DNA of 47,822 bases from IMG/VR virus record IMGVR_UViG_3300022745_000004, positions 1-47,822 of that record; one strand, 5' to 3'. The notes below the pieces were generated by a model that saw nothing but the letters and a program-made list of their open reading frames with translations, was not told the origin of the DNA and did no database searches. The position numbers and the translations under genes are program-made. This document shows positions 39,546 to 47,822 of this stretch, piece by piece. This DNA comes from a virus. Each line of letters starts with the position of its first letter. The stretch's first letter is position 1.

Positions 39546-39842
39546 CTACTTGGCGGTCCCGGCGCGCTTGGCGGCGATCTCCTTGATGGCGCTGAGAGCG
39601 GCCTGCTCGTCACCGCGGTCGTAGGCGTCCGCACCCTTGTGGGCGATCTCGCTGATCGCCTCCGCGATGCGGTCGTCCGCGGTGCCGGGCGTGAGCTTGG
39701 CCTTCGCCACCGCGGCATCGCCGAGGTTGCGGACCTGAGCGCTGATGAGCTTGCTGAGCCCCAGGGTGTGGAGCAGCTTGTCGATGGTGCTGGTGACGGT
39801 GAGGAGGGCGACGAGCGCCCCGAGGATTGCGGTGATGTCCAT
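39546..39842 (-). CDS. Holin-like small membrane protein (98 aa)
   Basis: ATG at 39842 with GGAGG upstream. MDITAILGALVALLTVTSTIDKLL is an N-terminal transmembrane helix, followed by a charged C-terminus. It sits at the end of the virion module. Confidence 0.45.
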   Translation of the reverse strand: MDITAILGALVALLTVTSTIDKLLHTLGLSKLISAQVRNLGDAAVAKAKLTPGTADDRIAEAISEIAHKGADAYDRGDEQAALSAIKEIAAKRAGTAK

Positions 39843-39867
39843 GGTGGGCCTCCAGTGAAGGCCCACC
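39843..39867 (-). promoter_or_regulatory. Hairpin sequestering the ribosome-binding site of the holin-like gene
   Basis: ggtgggcc / ggcccacc forms an 8-bp stem with a 9-nt loop. The GGAGG of the 39842 start spans the stem-loop boundary (39849-39853). Confidence 0.4.
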
Positions 39868-39877
39868 CTACCGCAGC

Positions 39878-40237
39878 TCAGTGCGGTCGGCGAGCCTGCT
39901 CGAGGGCGCGGATGCGGTCCTCGTGGTCGTCGATCCTCTTCACCACCTCGCCGTCGTGGCCGTCCCGCGCCTGCATCTGCGCCTGGATCTGGGTGAGCTT
40001 GAGCTCCATGGAGTCGAAGCGCGAGGTGAGGCGCTCGAGCGCGGCCGTGGCCTCGGGACCCCCGTGGCCGCTCCCGATGGAGAGCCCGCCGCCAACGACG
40101 CCGCCGCCAGCGAGGAATGCCAGGATGGCGAGGACGGTCTTCACGTTGATGGTGATGTCCCCTCCCTCGCGCGGCGAGGGGATGTGCATCTGAGGCTGCG
40201 CGTGCGAGCCGGACGGTTCGTCTGCGGATCCACTCAT
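39878..40237 (-). CDS. Membrane-anchored coiled-coil protein (spanin/holin-like), 119 aa
   Basis: ATG at 40237 with an ATGA overlap on the upstream stop. Transmembrane segment VLAILAFLAGGGVVGGGLSIG, followed by LERLTSRFDSMELKLTQIQAQMQARDGHDGEVVKRIDDHEDRIRALEQ. Confidence 0.5.
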   Translation of the reverse strand: MSGSADEPSGSHAQPQMHIPSPREGGDITINVKTVLAILAFLAGGGVVGGGLSIGSGHGGPEATAALERLTSRFDSMELKLTQIQAQMQARDGHDGEVVKRIDDHEDRIRALEQARRPH

Positions 40238-42444
40238 GATCTTGTCTCCGTCACGGTGAAGCGCGCGATCGCGCCGTTCATCTCGCTGATCGTGCTCGCA
40301 GGGCTGGCGCCGCTCGCGCGCCCGCCAAGGATTCCGTACGTGTCGCTCGTGTCGCCGGCGCACATCGTATGGGACGTATTACTCGCCCGCAACGTCGTCG
40401 CGTGACACGTCGACGCATTGGGGCAGGTGTCGAAAAAGATGAACTGATCGACGCGCGGCACGCCTGCCGTGGTCCCCGCTGGCACGATCTTCAACCGCGC
40501 GACGAGTTGCGTGCCGGCAGTGAACGACCCAAGCGTTCCCGAGCTCGTGATGTCGGTGCCCGAGTTGCCGAAGGCACCGCCGGGGCAGGTGCCCGCGTAG
40601 GCCGCGGAGCGCCAGCCGCTGCGAACGAACACGTCGGTAGCCGCGTGCCCATCCGAAGTGCCCGTCTGGAACATCAGGAGCTTGTGCTCAGCTGTGGCGC
40701 CGTCGCTCGTGTTGATGAGGTACTCGCCTGCGTTCGTGGGTGAACCCGGCATGTCGTAGTCGAGCGTGAAGACGATCTCGATGTTCACCGTCGACGATGC
40801 ACCGCTCGGCCACGAATGCACCTCGGCAAAGTTGATCCACGCGATGTCCGGGTTCGTCGTCACCGAGTCTGGGAGCGGGATGGGCACGCCGCCGTTCACG
40901 AGCGCGGTGCACGTTGGAGCCTCGACGATGATCGACCCCGTCTGTGCCGCGGTGTTGCCCACGAGCACCTGGCCGCGAACGAAGGTGGGCGCGCCGGTGA
41001 CGGCGAAGTCGCAGCGATAGAACTCGGGCGTGGCCGTCAGCGTCGTCACGCTCGCGCCATCGCGCACACGCTGCCACGTCGTGCAGGGCGACCCCACAGT
41101 GCCGTCGGTGCTGATGGCCAAGCGCATCTTGTCGGTCGTGACGCCGGTCGTGCCTGTGCGCGCGACAATGCCGACGGAGTAGGATCCGGCCGCGGCGCTG
41201 TCGCCGCAGTTGAGGGCGCCGGTCTTGCCTTCGTCGCCGGCCGCGTTGTCGTCCACGATCTCGTCCATTTCGAGGCCGGCGGTGTTGTTGGTGGCCCACG
41301 CACCAAAGTACCCCGCGGCCACGTTCTGGTTCACCGTTGGTGGGCTCACCGTGTCCGTCCACGTCGTCGCATTCAGGCCCGAGTGGGCGCCGCCCGTCGT
41401 CGCGTTGTCGAGAACCCAGCCCGTCCCTGCAGGGCGTGCGCCCTCGCTGCCGGGGTGAATCTCGAGGCCGCGTGACGTCACGATCGGAGTGCCGCGGGTG
41501 AAGGGCTCCGCGCGGTTGCCGGTGAGCCACGGAGGGGCCCACCCACGTGCGTCGCGGATGATGCGGACAGGGTTTGCGGCGTCGTCGGCCAGCGCGAACG
41601 CGTTGTAGCGCATGATGTTCATCTCGGCCGCGGTCTTCGCCGTCGAGTAGAGGATGAGCGCCGAGATGGAGCCCGATGCGATGTCGCCCGTCGCGCACGC
41701 GGGGACGCAGTCCTGCATGAACCGCATGACGCCGCCGGTGCCGCCAGTGATGTTGACGGCGGCGCTGTTGCTGTTGGTCTCGTCCTGGTTGTTGATGACG
41801 GTGCCCGCCAGCGCGCTGATGCTGTGACCGGCGAGGCCCCAGCCATGGATGAGACCACCCGCGCTCACCGTGGACACGTTCGTGCCCGAGGCGGTGTTGG
41901 CGTCGTTCTCGCCGCGCTGGTACTCGCCGGTGCCGCCCGTCGACGTCCACCGCCAATAGGGCTCCACGCCCGCCAGGCCCTCGGCGACGTTGTTCGCCTG
42001 GCCGACGGTGATGACGGTGTGAGGGCCATTGAAGGCCGCCAGAAGGCGCGCACTCGCGCTGTTGATGATCGGCAACTTCGCGTTGGTGAGCGTGTCGAGG
42101 GCGTTTCGGCCCATCGGGTCGGTGTAGTTCGTCGGCGACGTGCCCGCCGTGACGGTCTCGGTGGCGCCATCGCCCCAGACGCAACTCCACGTTGTCCCGG
42201 TGGGCTTGCACACCATGCACGCTGTGTCACCGCTTGCGCATGTCGGCAGGACCGCGGTCGATGTGGCCGACGCGCCGAGCCTGAAGTCTCGAGCAAAGAG
42301 GGTGACCGCCTGTGACCGCGGGGTCCCCCACGACCACCGCCCCCACCACGTTGATCGACCCCAGGACGGCCACCCGGCCTGCGCCGAGCTCGAAAGAATC
42401 GCGAACAGCGAGAGAATCAGCGATGCCCGGACGCGCCAACTCAT
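40234..42444 (-). CDS. 736-aa Sec-signal, Cys-rich secreted/surface protein at the tail-fibre position
   Basis: ATG at 42444 with an ATGA overlap on the upstream stop. MSWRVRASLILSLFAILSSSAQA|GWPSW... About 16 Cys, a Thr/Gly/Ala/Asn-rich beta-type composition, and lectin/glucanase-like regions. The listed 945-aa form adds an Arg-rich shadow N-terminus. Confidence 0.7.
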   Translation of the reverse strand: MSWRVRASLILSLFAILSSSAQAGWPSWGRSTWWGRWSWGTPRSQAVTLFARDFRLGASATSTAVLPTCASGDTACMVCKPTGTTWSCVWGDGATETVTAGTSPTNYTDPMGRNALDTLTNAKLPIINSASARLLAAFNGPHTVITVGQANNVAEGLAGVEPYWRWTSTGGTGEYQRGENDANTASGTNVSTVSAGGLIHGWGLAGHSISALAGTVINNQDETNSNSAAVNITGGTGGVMRFMQDCVPACATGDIASGSISALILYSTAKTAAEMNIMRYNAFALADDAANPVRIIRDARGWAPPWLTGNRAEPFTRGTPIVTSRGLEIHPGSEGARPAGTGWVLDNATTGGAHSGLNATTWTDTVSPPTVNQNVAAGYFGAWATNNTAGLEMDEIVDDNAAGDEGKTGALNCGDSAAAGSYSVGIVARTGTTGVTTDKMRLAISTDGTVGSPCTTWQRVRDGASVTTLTATPEFYRCDFAVTGAPTFVRGQVLVGNTAAQTGSIIVEAPTCTALVNGGVPIPLPDSVTTNPDIAWINFAEVHSWPSGASSTVNIEIVFTLDYDMPGSPTNAGEYLINTSDGATAEHKLLMFQTGTSDGHAATDVFVRSGWRSAAYAGTCPGGAFGNSGTDITSSGTLGSFTAGTQLVARLKIVPAGTTAGVPRVDQFIFFDTCPNASTCHATTLRASNTSHTMCAGDTSDTYGILGGRASGASPASTISEMNGAIARFTVTETRS

Positions 42445-42944
42445 CGATCCACCAGCGTGATCTGCGCTGCAGTGGAGGCTGCGCTGGCGGCCATGTAGAA
42501 GTCGACGTTGTCGGGGATATTCACCCACTCGGCCGCACCGCCACCGCCGACCATGATGCTTCCGTCGGTGGCGGTGCCATCGCCCACTGCCGTCAGCGAC
42601 GGGGCCGACGCCCCCTTCACGACGGTAGTGTAGGAGCAGTTTCGCCCCGAGGTGAGGCACACGATCTTCAGGCGGCGCACGCGCTGGCTGGCAGTCGCGT
42701 TCACCGCGCTCACGACCTTCGTCGCCGAGGTGGTGAGTGCCGCCGTGTTGACGATGCCGGTCGTCGTGATCGGGATCGTGTTCGTCGGCGTGCCGAGCGT
42801 GCCGAAGAGCGGCCCGAGCCCCGTGAGGATCGAGTCGTTGACCCCAGCCTCGGCGGGCATCTGCTGCGCGAGCTCGAGAGGCGGCGCCGCGTCCGCCGGG
42901 GCGACGGCGAGGGCGAGGAGGACTGCGAGGAACATCTTCTTCAT
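42441..42944 (-). CDS. 167-aa Sec-signal secreted protein
   Basis: ATG at 42944 after GGAG, with an ATGA overlap on the stop of the 1330-aa gene. MKKMFLAVLLALAVAPADA|APP... with 2 Cys (IVCLTSGRNCSY). Confidence 0.7.
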   Translation of the reverse strand: MKKMFLAVLLALAVAPADAAPPLELAQQMPAEAGVNDSILTGLGPLFGTLGTPTNTIPITTTGIVNTAALTTSATKVVSAVNATASQRVRRLKIVCLTSGRNCSYTTVVKGASAPSLTAVGDGTATDGSIMVGGGGAAEWVNIPDNVDFYMAASAASTAAQITLVDR

Positions 42945-45900
42945 CGGGATCTCCTGAATGCTTCGTCGAGAGGCTTTGGGCGCAGCAGGCGCGTCTTGCG
43001 TTCCTGCGTCGCGCCCTTCTCGAGGTCGAGCGACGCCTTCGATTGTGCACGCGCCTGGTCGGCCACGGCAACGGGGCTCGTCACCGACCACCGTGGACCG
43101 AGGATCGTCGAGATGGCTTTCGCGAGCAAGCGCCGGTCGCTGTCGACGCCGCTCATCTTCGCGCTCTGGTTCGCATACTCGGGGGCGAACTGCGGCAGCA
43201 GGACGTCGTTCGTCACCATGCCAGGCAGGCCGCCGACACTCCTGGCGACGTAGCCCGGGATGTTCTGCTCGCGCATGCCGAAGAGGTACTCGAGCGGAGA
43301 CGCCCGCACCGGATCGTAGTTGCGGTCGACCGGCTTGTCGCCGAATGCGGACTTGCCGGTGACGCGCTCGAGCGCCGCCTTCTCCACGGGCCCGAGCTGC
43401 GAGCCGAGACCCGCGATCGCCTCGGGGATCGACGAGCCCATCCACGACAACTGCGTCCCCGGGCGCTCCATCGCCGCCCAGTTCTGCTTCTCATCGTCGT
43501 CGGCCACGCCGGGGACGTGCACGGCGCCGGTCTCACCGAGGAACTTCGGGCGCATCCGCGGGTCGACGTTGCGATCCTCACCCGCCGCGGAGAACGCCTG
43601 GTAGAGGTGGTTGACGGCGGCGTACTTGCCGGGGTTCTTGAGCATCTGCTCGACGGTGAGGACCGTGGACTGCTTCACCCACGAGTAGAACGGGAAGATC
43701 TTCCGCAGCGTCTTCTCGACGCCGGACAGGCGCGAGCCGGTGTAGTCGAAGTGGAACTTGGCGACGACGTTCATTGCCTCGGCGGCGGTCGCGTGCTCGT
43801 TGAGGCGGTGGTTCAGGTACGTGAAGAGGCGCTGCGCGTTCTCCGCGGTGATCCCCTTGCCGGTCATGAGCTTGCCTGCACCGCGTGCGACGGTGGCCTT
43901 GAACAGCGGCTCGTCGGTGACGAGGCCACGGTCGGAGATCGGGCTCAGGCGCGACATGACCCGAGCGCCCTTCTCGTCCTTGTAGAAGAACTTCTGCGCA
44001 GCGTTGCGCTCGAGGTCCGCGTAGCGCCCGCCCTCGACGATGCCGTAGCGGCGAGCCTCGTCGACGAGGTCAGCGAGCTTCCAGTCGTGGCCACCCCAGT
44101 GGATGACGCCCTCGAGCGCCCTGTTGTGCTCGGCGGCGTCGCCGATGGCGCCGGCGAGCTTCCAGAGACTCGGGTCCGCGACGGCCGCCGCCTTGTTCGC
44201 AAGGAAGGTCTGGAACATGCCGAAGAACGCGTTGCGGGTGTGGAACCCGGGCGTGTTGAGGATGATCGGCGCCCACGCGTTCTTCACCCGCCCAGCGACG
44301 GACGCGTAGCGCTCGAAGGCGCCGGGGTGCATGCGCTGCGAGATCTTCATCAGGTCGGCGTGGATGGCCTCGGGGATCACCTTGTGCTTGAACGCGGGCA
44401 TCTCGGTGAAGAGCGGATCGCTCGGGTCGATGTACTTGAGGTGTGCCTGACCGAGGTAGTTCTTGATGTCGTCGGGGAGCTTCGCGACGGTGCCGCCGTT
44501 CCCCACCGGGGTCATCTGGAAGAACTGCCCCTCGAGGCGCTGCAGCACACCGTTCTTGTCGGCGCGGTAGCGCCTGCGCAGGATACCGGCGTCCGGTGCG
44601 CGGTCACGGGGACGCAGAAGGGCGTCGTCGAGGCTCTGCACGATGGGGCGGTGCTGGGCATCCACGATCGAGGCGACGCGCTGCCCGAGCTTCGCCTTCG
44701 CGATCCGCGCTTCTGCAGCCTGTCGGCTGATGGCGGCAGCGTCGTGCATGTCGCCGACGAAGCCCTTCACCCTCGTGTTCCGAGCTCCGACGAGGGCCTG
44801 GCGCTCGCTGAGCGTGCCCGTGGTGCGCGGGAGCGGGCGGCCCCACGCAGCCTCGACGGCGGTGCGCACCTGGTCGGTGATGGCGCGGTCGGACTGGATG
44901 GCAGGGTTGCGCGCGTACTCCTCGACGAGGGCGAGGTTCTTGTTGCCCTTGGTCGCGCCGCTGTCGACGAGGCTCTGCGCAGCTCGCCGCACGATGTCGG
45001 CGTCCTTGTTCAGCGCCATGGTGCGGCGCTTGAACGGGTCGTACCCCGGACGATCGCCGAAGGCGTCGAAGTGTCGCTCGAGGAAGCGAACACCCTCCTC
45101 GGGGACGCCGACCTTCAGGAGCTTCACCGCTTCGGCGCTGCGCGGCGGGCTCGCGAGGTGACCGGCGTTCTGCGTGAGCCCGCGGCCTAGGAGCCCCACG
45201 CGCTGTGCTGCCTGGCGCTCGATGCTGTTCTCGTGCACACGCGCTCGCGCGGCTTCGAGTTGACGGGCTTTCACCTCGTCACCGGCGAGGTGCTGCCACG
45301 GGTGGTCCCGCATCATCTTCTTGACGATGTCGGGGTCCAGCGACTTGAACTTCTGCGCGATCTCGTGTGTCGATAGGCGCAGGAGATCCGGCGCCGCCGC
45401 CAGCACCTCGTCGGCCGTCTTGCCAGCGCGCTTCGCCGCGATGACCGGGGCGAAGAGCGACTGCTCCTTGGTGGTGAGCGCGTTCCAGTGCTTCTCGGCG
45501 ACGTCAGCGAGGCGCGAGACCTGTTCGGCGGGGTGGGCGACGTCGACGATCGGAAGCCCGTCCGACCCCTGCACGAGGGCCTCGACCGTCGGGCGGTCGC
45601 CGATCTCCATCTTCGACTTCGCTGCACGCTCGCGGTCGATGAAGTCGGACTTCTGGATCGCAGTCTCGGCGCCGCCGATCTCCTTGTACTCGGTCATCTT
45701 CGACGCGATGACGTCGGCGTTCTTCGCGCTCTCGCCGGCATCGCGGAGGCCGGACACAATGGCGCGCTCGTCGCCGCTCTTCTTGAGGATCGACCCTGCC
45801 CGAGCGATGCCCTCACCGGCGGCGCGGGCGGCGTCGACGACGGCGGTGGGCAGCAACTTCGCCGCGGGCCTGAGCGCGCGTCCCGCAGCCTTGGCGCCGA

Positions 45901-46933
45901 TCCCGGCGATGTCGCCAACGGGGATGAAGTTCACCGGGTCGTCGACGATGCCGATCGCGTCGCCGATGAAGTCGAAGTTCGGGTCGTTCTTGTCCCACGA
46001 CGAGAGCTTGGTCTCCGGGCCGACCGGGTTCTCCTCGGGGAACGCCGATCCAGAGACGAGCTTGGTGAGGGCATCGGAGATGCGCGCGGCGCCGGTGCGG
46101 CCGATCTCTGGCGTCGCAAGGAGATCGGCGACGGTTGCGTTCGGGTTCTGCTCGAGGAGCATCTGAGCACGAGCACGCAGGAGGTCGCCGAAACCAGATC
46201 CACGCGATGTCACCGGCCCGCCCTCGGCGACGGTGTGCCCCTTCTTGTTCAGGAGAGCTTCGTCGAGGAGGCCTGGGACGTCGCCGATCTCGGGCGTTTT
46301 GCGGCCGCGGATGGCATCCGAGCCCATGTTGATCGCAGTTGTCGTCACGCGCGCGGGCGCACCGATGACGTTGAGGAACTTGCCGAGGATGGACGCACCA
46401 CCGTTGCTTCGGTCGGTGTTCCAGTGCGTCACGAGGTCGGGGTACTCGTCGCGAGTGGCGAGCGCGTTGCCTGCTTCGTCGGTGAGGAGCCGTTGGTCGC
46501 CCGCGACCTGCTCGATCGTCTTCAGGCCGCGGGCGTCGCGCGCTGCCCTCACCCCCTCGAGGTCGCGCGGGAGGTCCGCACCCTCGCGCCCCGCGGGGGT
46601 GAACGCACCCGTCGCCACGCCGCGGGCCTTGATGTCGGCGAGGTCCGCGGTGTCGGGCGTGACGAGCTTCTGCCCGGGCACGATCGCCTGGGCGAACGGA
46701 GACGGCGGGTTCTTCGCCATGCCCTCGCGCACGTTGATGTCGACGAGCGTCTTCGTGGGTTGCGACGCCGCGGTCTGCACACGCTGGGCGTTCTTGAGCG
46801 CGGTGTACTGCGAGGCCTGCTGCGCGCGCGCGTCAGCCTCGGCCTGGAGCGCGGCGACGTGCGCCTGGTACTCGGCCGGCGAGAGCTGCGCCGCGAGCGC
46901 GGCGTACTGCTTCTTGAGCTCTTCCGGGTCCAA
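42941..46933 (-). CDS. 1330-aa giant virion protein (internal/ejection protein by size and position)
   Basis: TTG start at 46933 with GAGGTGA 5 nt upstream, 8 nt after the preceding stop. Composition is protein-like throughout. Conserved-looking C-terminal blocks: FHTRNAFFGMFQ and FHFDYTGSRLSGVEKTLRKIFPFYSWVKQS. Confidence 0.75.
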   Translation of the reverse strand: MDPEELKKQYAALAAQLSPAEYQAHVAALQAEADARAQQASQYTALKNAQRVQTAASQPTKTLVDINVREGMAKNPPSPFAQAIVPGQKLVTPDTADLADIKARGVATGAFTPAGREGADLPRDLEGVRAARDARGLKTIEQVAGDQRLLTDEAGNALATRDEYPDLVTHWNTDRSNGGASILGKFLNVIGAPARVTTTAINMGSDAIRGRKTPEIGDVPGLLDEALLNKKGHTVAEGGPVTSRGSGFGDLLRARAQMLLEQNPNATVADLLATPEIGRTGAARISDALTKLVSGSAFPEENPVGPETKLSSWDKNDPNFDFIGDAIGIVDDPVNFIPVGDIAGIGAKAAGRALRPAAKLLPTAVVDAARAAGEGIARAGSILKKSGDERAIVSGLRDAGESAKNADVIASKMTEYKEIGGAETAIQKSDFIDRERAAKSKMEIGDRPTVEALVQGSDGLPIVDVAHPAEQVSRLADVAEKHWNALTTKEQSLFAPVIAAKRAGKTADEVLAAAPDLLRLSTHEIAQKFKSLDPDIVKKMMRDHPWQHLAGDEVKARQLEAARARVHENSIERQAAQRVGLLGRGLTQNAGHLASPPRSAEAVKLLKVGVPEEGVRFLERHFDAFGDRPGYDPFKRRTMALNKDADIVRRAAQSLVDSGATKGNKNLALVEEYARNPAIQSDRAITDQVRTAVEAAWGRPLPRTTGTLSERQALVGARNTRVKGFVGDMHDAAAISRQAAEARIAKAKLGQRVASIVDAQHRPIVQSLDDALLRPRDRAPDAGILRRRYRADKNGVLQRLEGQFFQMTPVGNGGTVAKLPDDIKNYLGQAHLKYIDPSDPLFTEMPAFKHKVIPEAIHADLMKISQRMHPGAFERYASVAGRVKNAWAPIILNTPGFHTRNAFFGMFQTFLANKAAAVADPSLWKLAGAIGDAAEHNRALEGVIHWGGHDWKLADLVDEARRYGIVEGGRYADLERNAAQKFFYKDEKGARVMSRLSPISDRGLVTDEPLFKATVARGAGKLMTGKGITAENAQRLFTYLNHRLNEHATAAEAMNVVAKFHFDYTGSRLSGVEKTLRKIFPFYSWVKQSTVLTVEQMLKNPGKYAAVNHLYQAFSAAGEDRNVDPRMRPKFLGETGAVHVPGVADDDEKQNWAAMERPGTQLSWMGSSIPEAIAGLGSQLGPVEKAALERVTGKSAFGDKPVDRNYDPVRASPLEYLFGMREQNIPGYVARSVGGLPGMVTNDVLLPQFAPEYANQSAKMSGVDSDRRLLAKAISTILGPRWSVTSPVAVADQARAQSKASLDLEKGATQERKTRLLRPKPLDEAFRRSR

Positions 46934-46941
46934 GCATCACC

Positions 46942-47822
46942 TCACCACTTCGCGCGGTATTCCCAGTGCACGGGGTCGCGGCCACCGAGCTTCCGACGCC
47001 ACCCCTTGGCCTCGAGGAGCTTCACGAGAGCGGGATCGGCCGCGATGCTCTCGGGGAGGTCGAGGCCCGTGCCTGCCAGGTGGCCGCTCTCGGGCGGCAC
47101 CGACCCTGCCTCGGGCGCGGGGACGAGGCTGCCGTCCTCGTTCCGCGCGAGCTTGTGCAGCGGGTCGCCGAGTTGGCGATCCCACGCGAGCATGTCCTGG
47201 TCGGCGGGCGAACGCGTCGAGCTCGCCACCTGCGACAGGATCTGTCGCTGCTGCGGGGTGAGCGACGGGTCGGAGAGCACGCCGCCGAAGGCCTGCGCGG
47301 CATCCGGCATGAGGCGAGCGGTGCGGCCCCCGGGCAACTGCATCGTCGTGAGCTCGTCGTCGCGCGGGAAGTGCTTCGGCTCCGCGACCGTGGTCTGGAA
47401 CGACGGGCGCACCGGCGGGGCGATCCCGGCCGCGGCACTGGGGTCCATCGAGGTGGGGTTGGACCCGAGCGCGCTGGTGATCCTCGACATGAACGACGGC
47501 GGCGGCCCCGAGCGCGGGGGCGGTCCACCAGGAGGCATGCTCGCACCGGGCAACTGAGGGCCGTACCCCATCGCCGCGATCTCCCGGGCATCGATCGGTG
47601 CGGGCTGCGGTCCGCTGCCACCACCCATCGTCGACATCCCCGGAGGAGGGGCCCCACGTGGCATCGCGAACGGCGCCGGGCCCATGCCGAGCTCGCGCCC
47701 GGCGCCGGCAGCGAGGGCCCCCGGGATCTGCGACGCCGACGGCGAGGTTGGTGTCAGTGCCTGGCGGATCGCGGCGCCCGCGGCGGCCAGCATCGGGTCC
47801 TGCATCGGGGCCTCGGTCGCGC
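46942..47822 (-). CDS. C-terminal part of the 835-aa wrap-around virion protein; ends in an M15-type peptidoglycan peptidase domain
   Basis: In phase with 1754..1 through the 127-nt overlap. The C-terminus ...ESGHLAGTGLDLPESIAADPALVKLLEAKGWRRKLGGRDPVHWEYRAKW shows the H-x6-D ... D-x2-H zinc-peptidase pattern. Gly/Pro/Met-rich linker upstream. Confidence 0.75.
   Translation of the reverse strand, partial: ATEAPMQDPMLAAAGAAIRQALTPTSPSASQIPGALAAGAGRELGMGPAPFAMPRGAPPPGMSTMGGGSGPQPAPIDAREIAAMGYGPQLPGASMPPGGPPPRSGPPPSFMSRITSALGSNPTSMDPSAAAGIAPPVRPSFQTTVAEPKHFPRDDELTTMQLPGGRTARLMPDAAQAFGGVLSDPSLTPQQRQILSQVASSTRSPADQDMLAWDRQLGDPLHKLARNEDGSLVPAPEAGSVPPESGHLAGTGLDLPESIAADPALVKLLEAKGWRRKLGGRDPVHWEYRAKW
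47696..47822. repeat. Terminal direct repeat, copy 2 (identical to 1..127)
   Basis: Same 127-nt string as the window start. Confidence 0.95.

Noticed and set aside
40234-43071. The 945-aa form of the tail-fibre-position gene.
   Set aside because: The first 209 codons are Arg/Pro/His-rich and overlap the 42441..42944 gene in another frame. The internal ATG at 42444 gives a textbook signal peptide and an ATGA overlap with the upstream stop.

Overview
The window is a complete, circularly closed genome. Its first and last 127 nt are identical, leaving 47,695 unique bp. It belongs to a high-G+C temperate tailed phage or prophage-derived element with a podovirus-like (T7-like order) structural module.

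Late arm, minus strand (19778 -> 1, continuing across the junction 47822 -> 39062):
- M15 endolysin, SF2 helicase, small and large terminase, portal, scaffold and major capsid protein.
- Adaptor- and nozzle-like proteins.
- Three large internal/ejection-type proteins of 482, 835 and 1330 aa. The 835-aa gene is cut by the linearisation point and ends in a second M15 peptidase domain.
- Three Sec-signal, Cys-paired proteins and a holin/spanin-like pair.
- The arm closes with a canonical hairpin plus T-run terminator.

Early arm, plus strand (19857 -> 39150):
- Toprim primase and D5/P4-type SF3 helicase.
- Many small zinc-ribbon proteins.
- A C5 DNA methyltransferase whose conserved motifs lie in two reading frames, and a Dam-family N6 methyltransferase.
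- gp3-like, Cas4-like and RuvC-like recombination genes, a tyrosine integrase and a HicA-fold ORF.

The most unusual element lies antisense inside the early arm. It is a visibly lower-G+C cassette of seven translationally coupled genes (26171 -> 22509) built around a PP-loop PAPS-reductase/DndC-like enzyme, with six partners I cannot assign to any family. Next to it is a ~600-bp non-coding control region containing G8, C9 and C7 homopolymer tracts, palindromes and an AT-rich patch.

I saw no rRNA, complete tRNA, CRISPR array, DNA polymerase or RNA polymerase gene. All functional calls come from motif recognition by eye. No database search was run.
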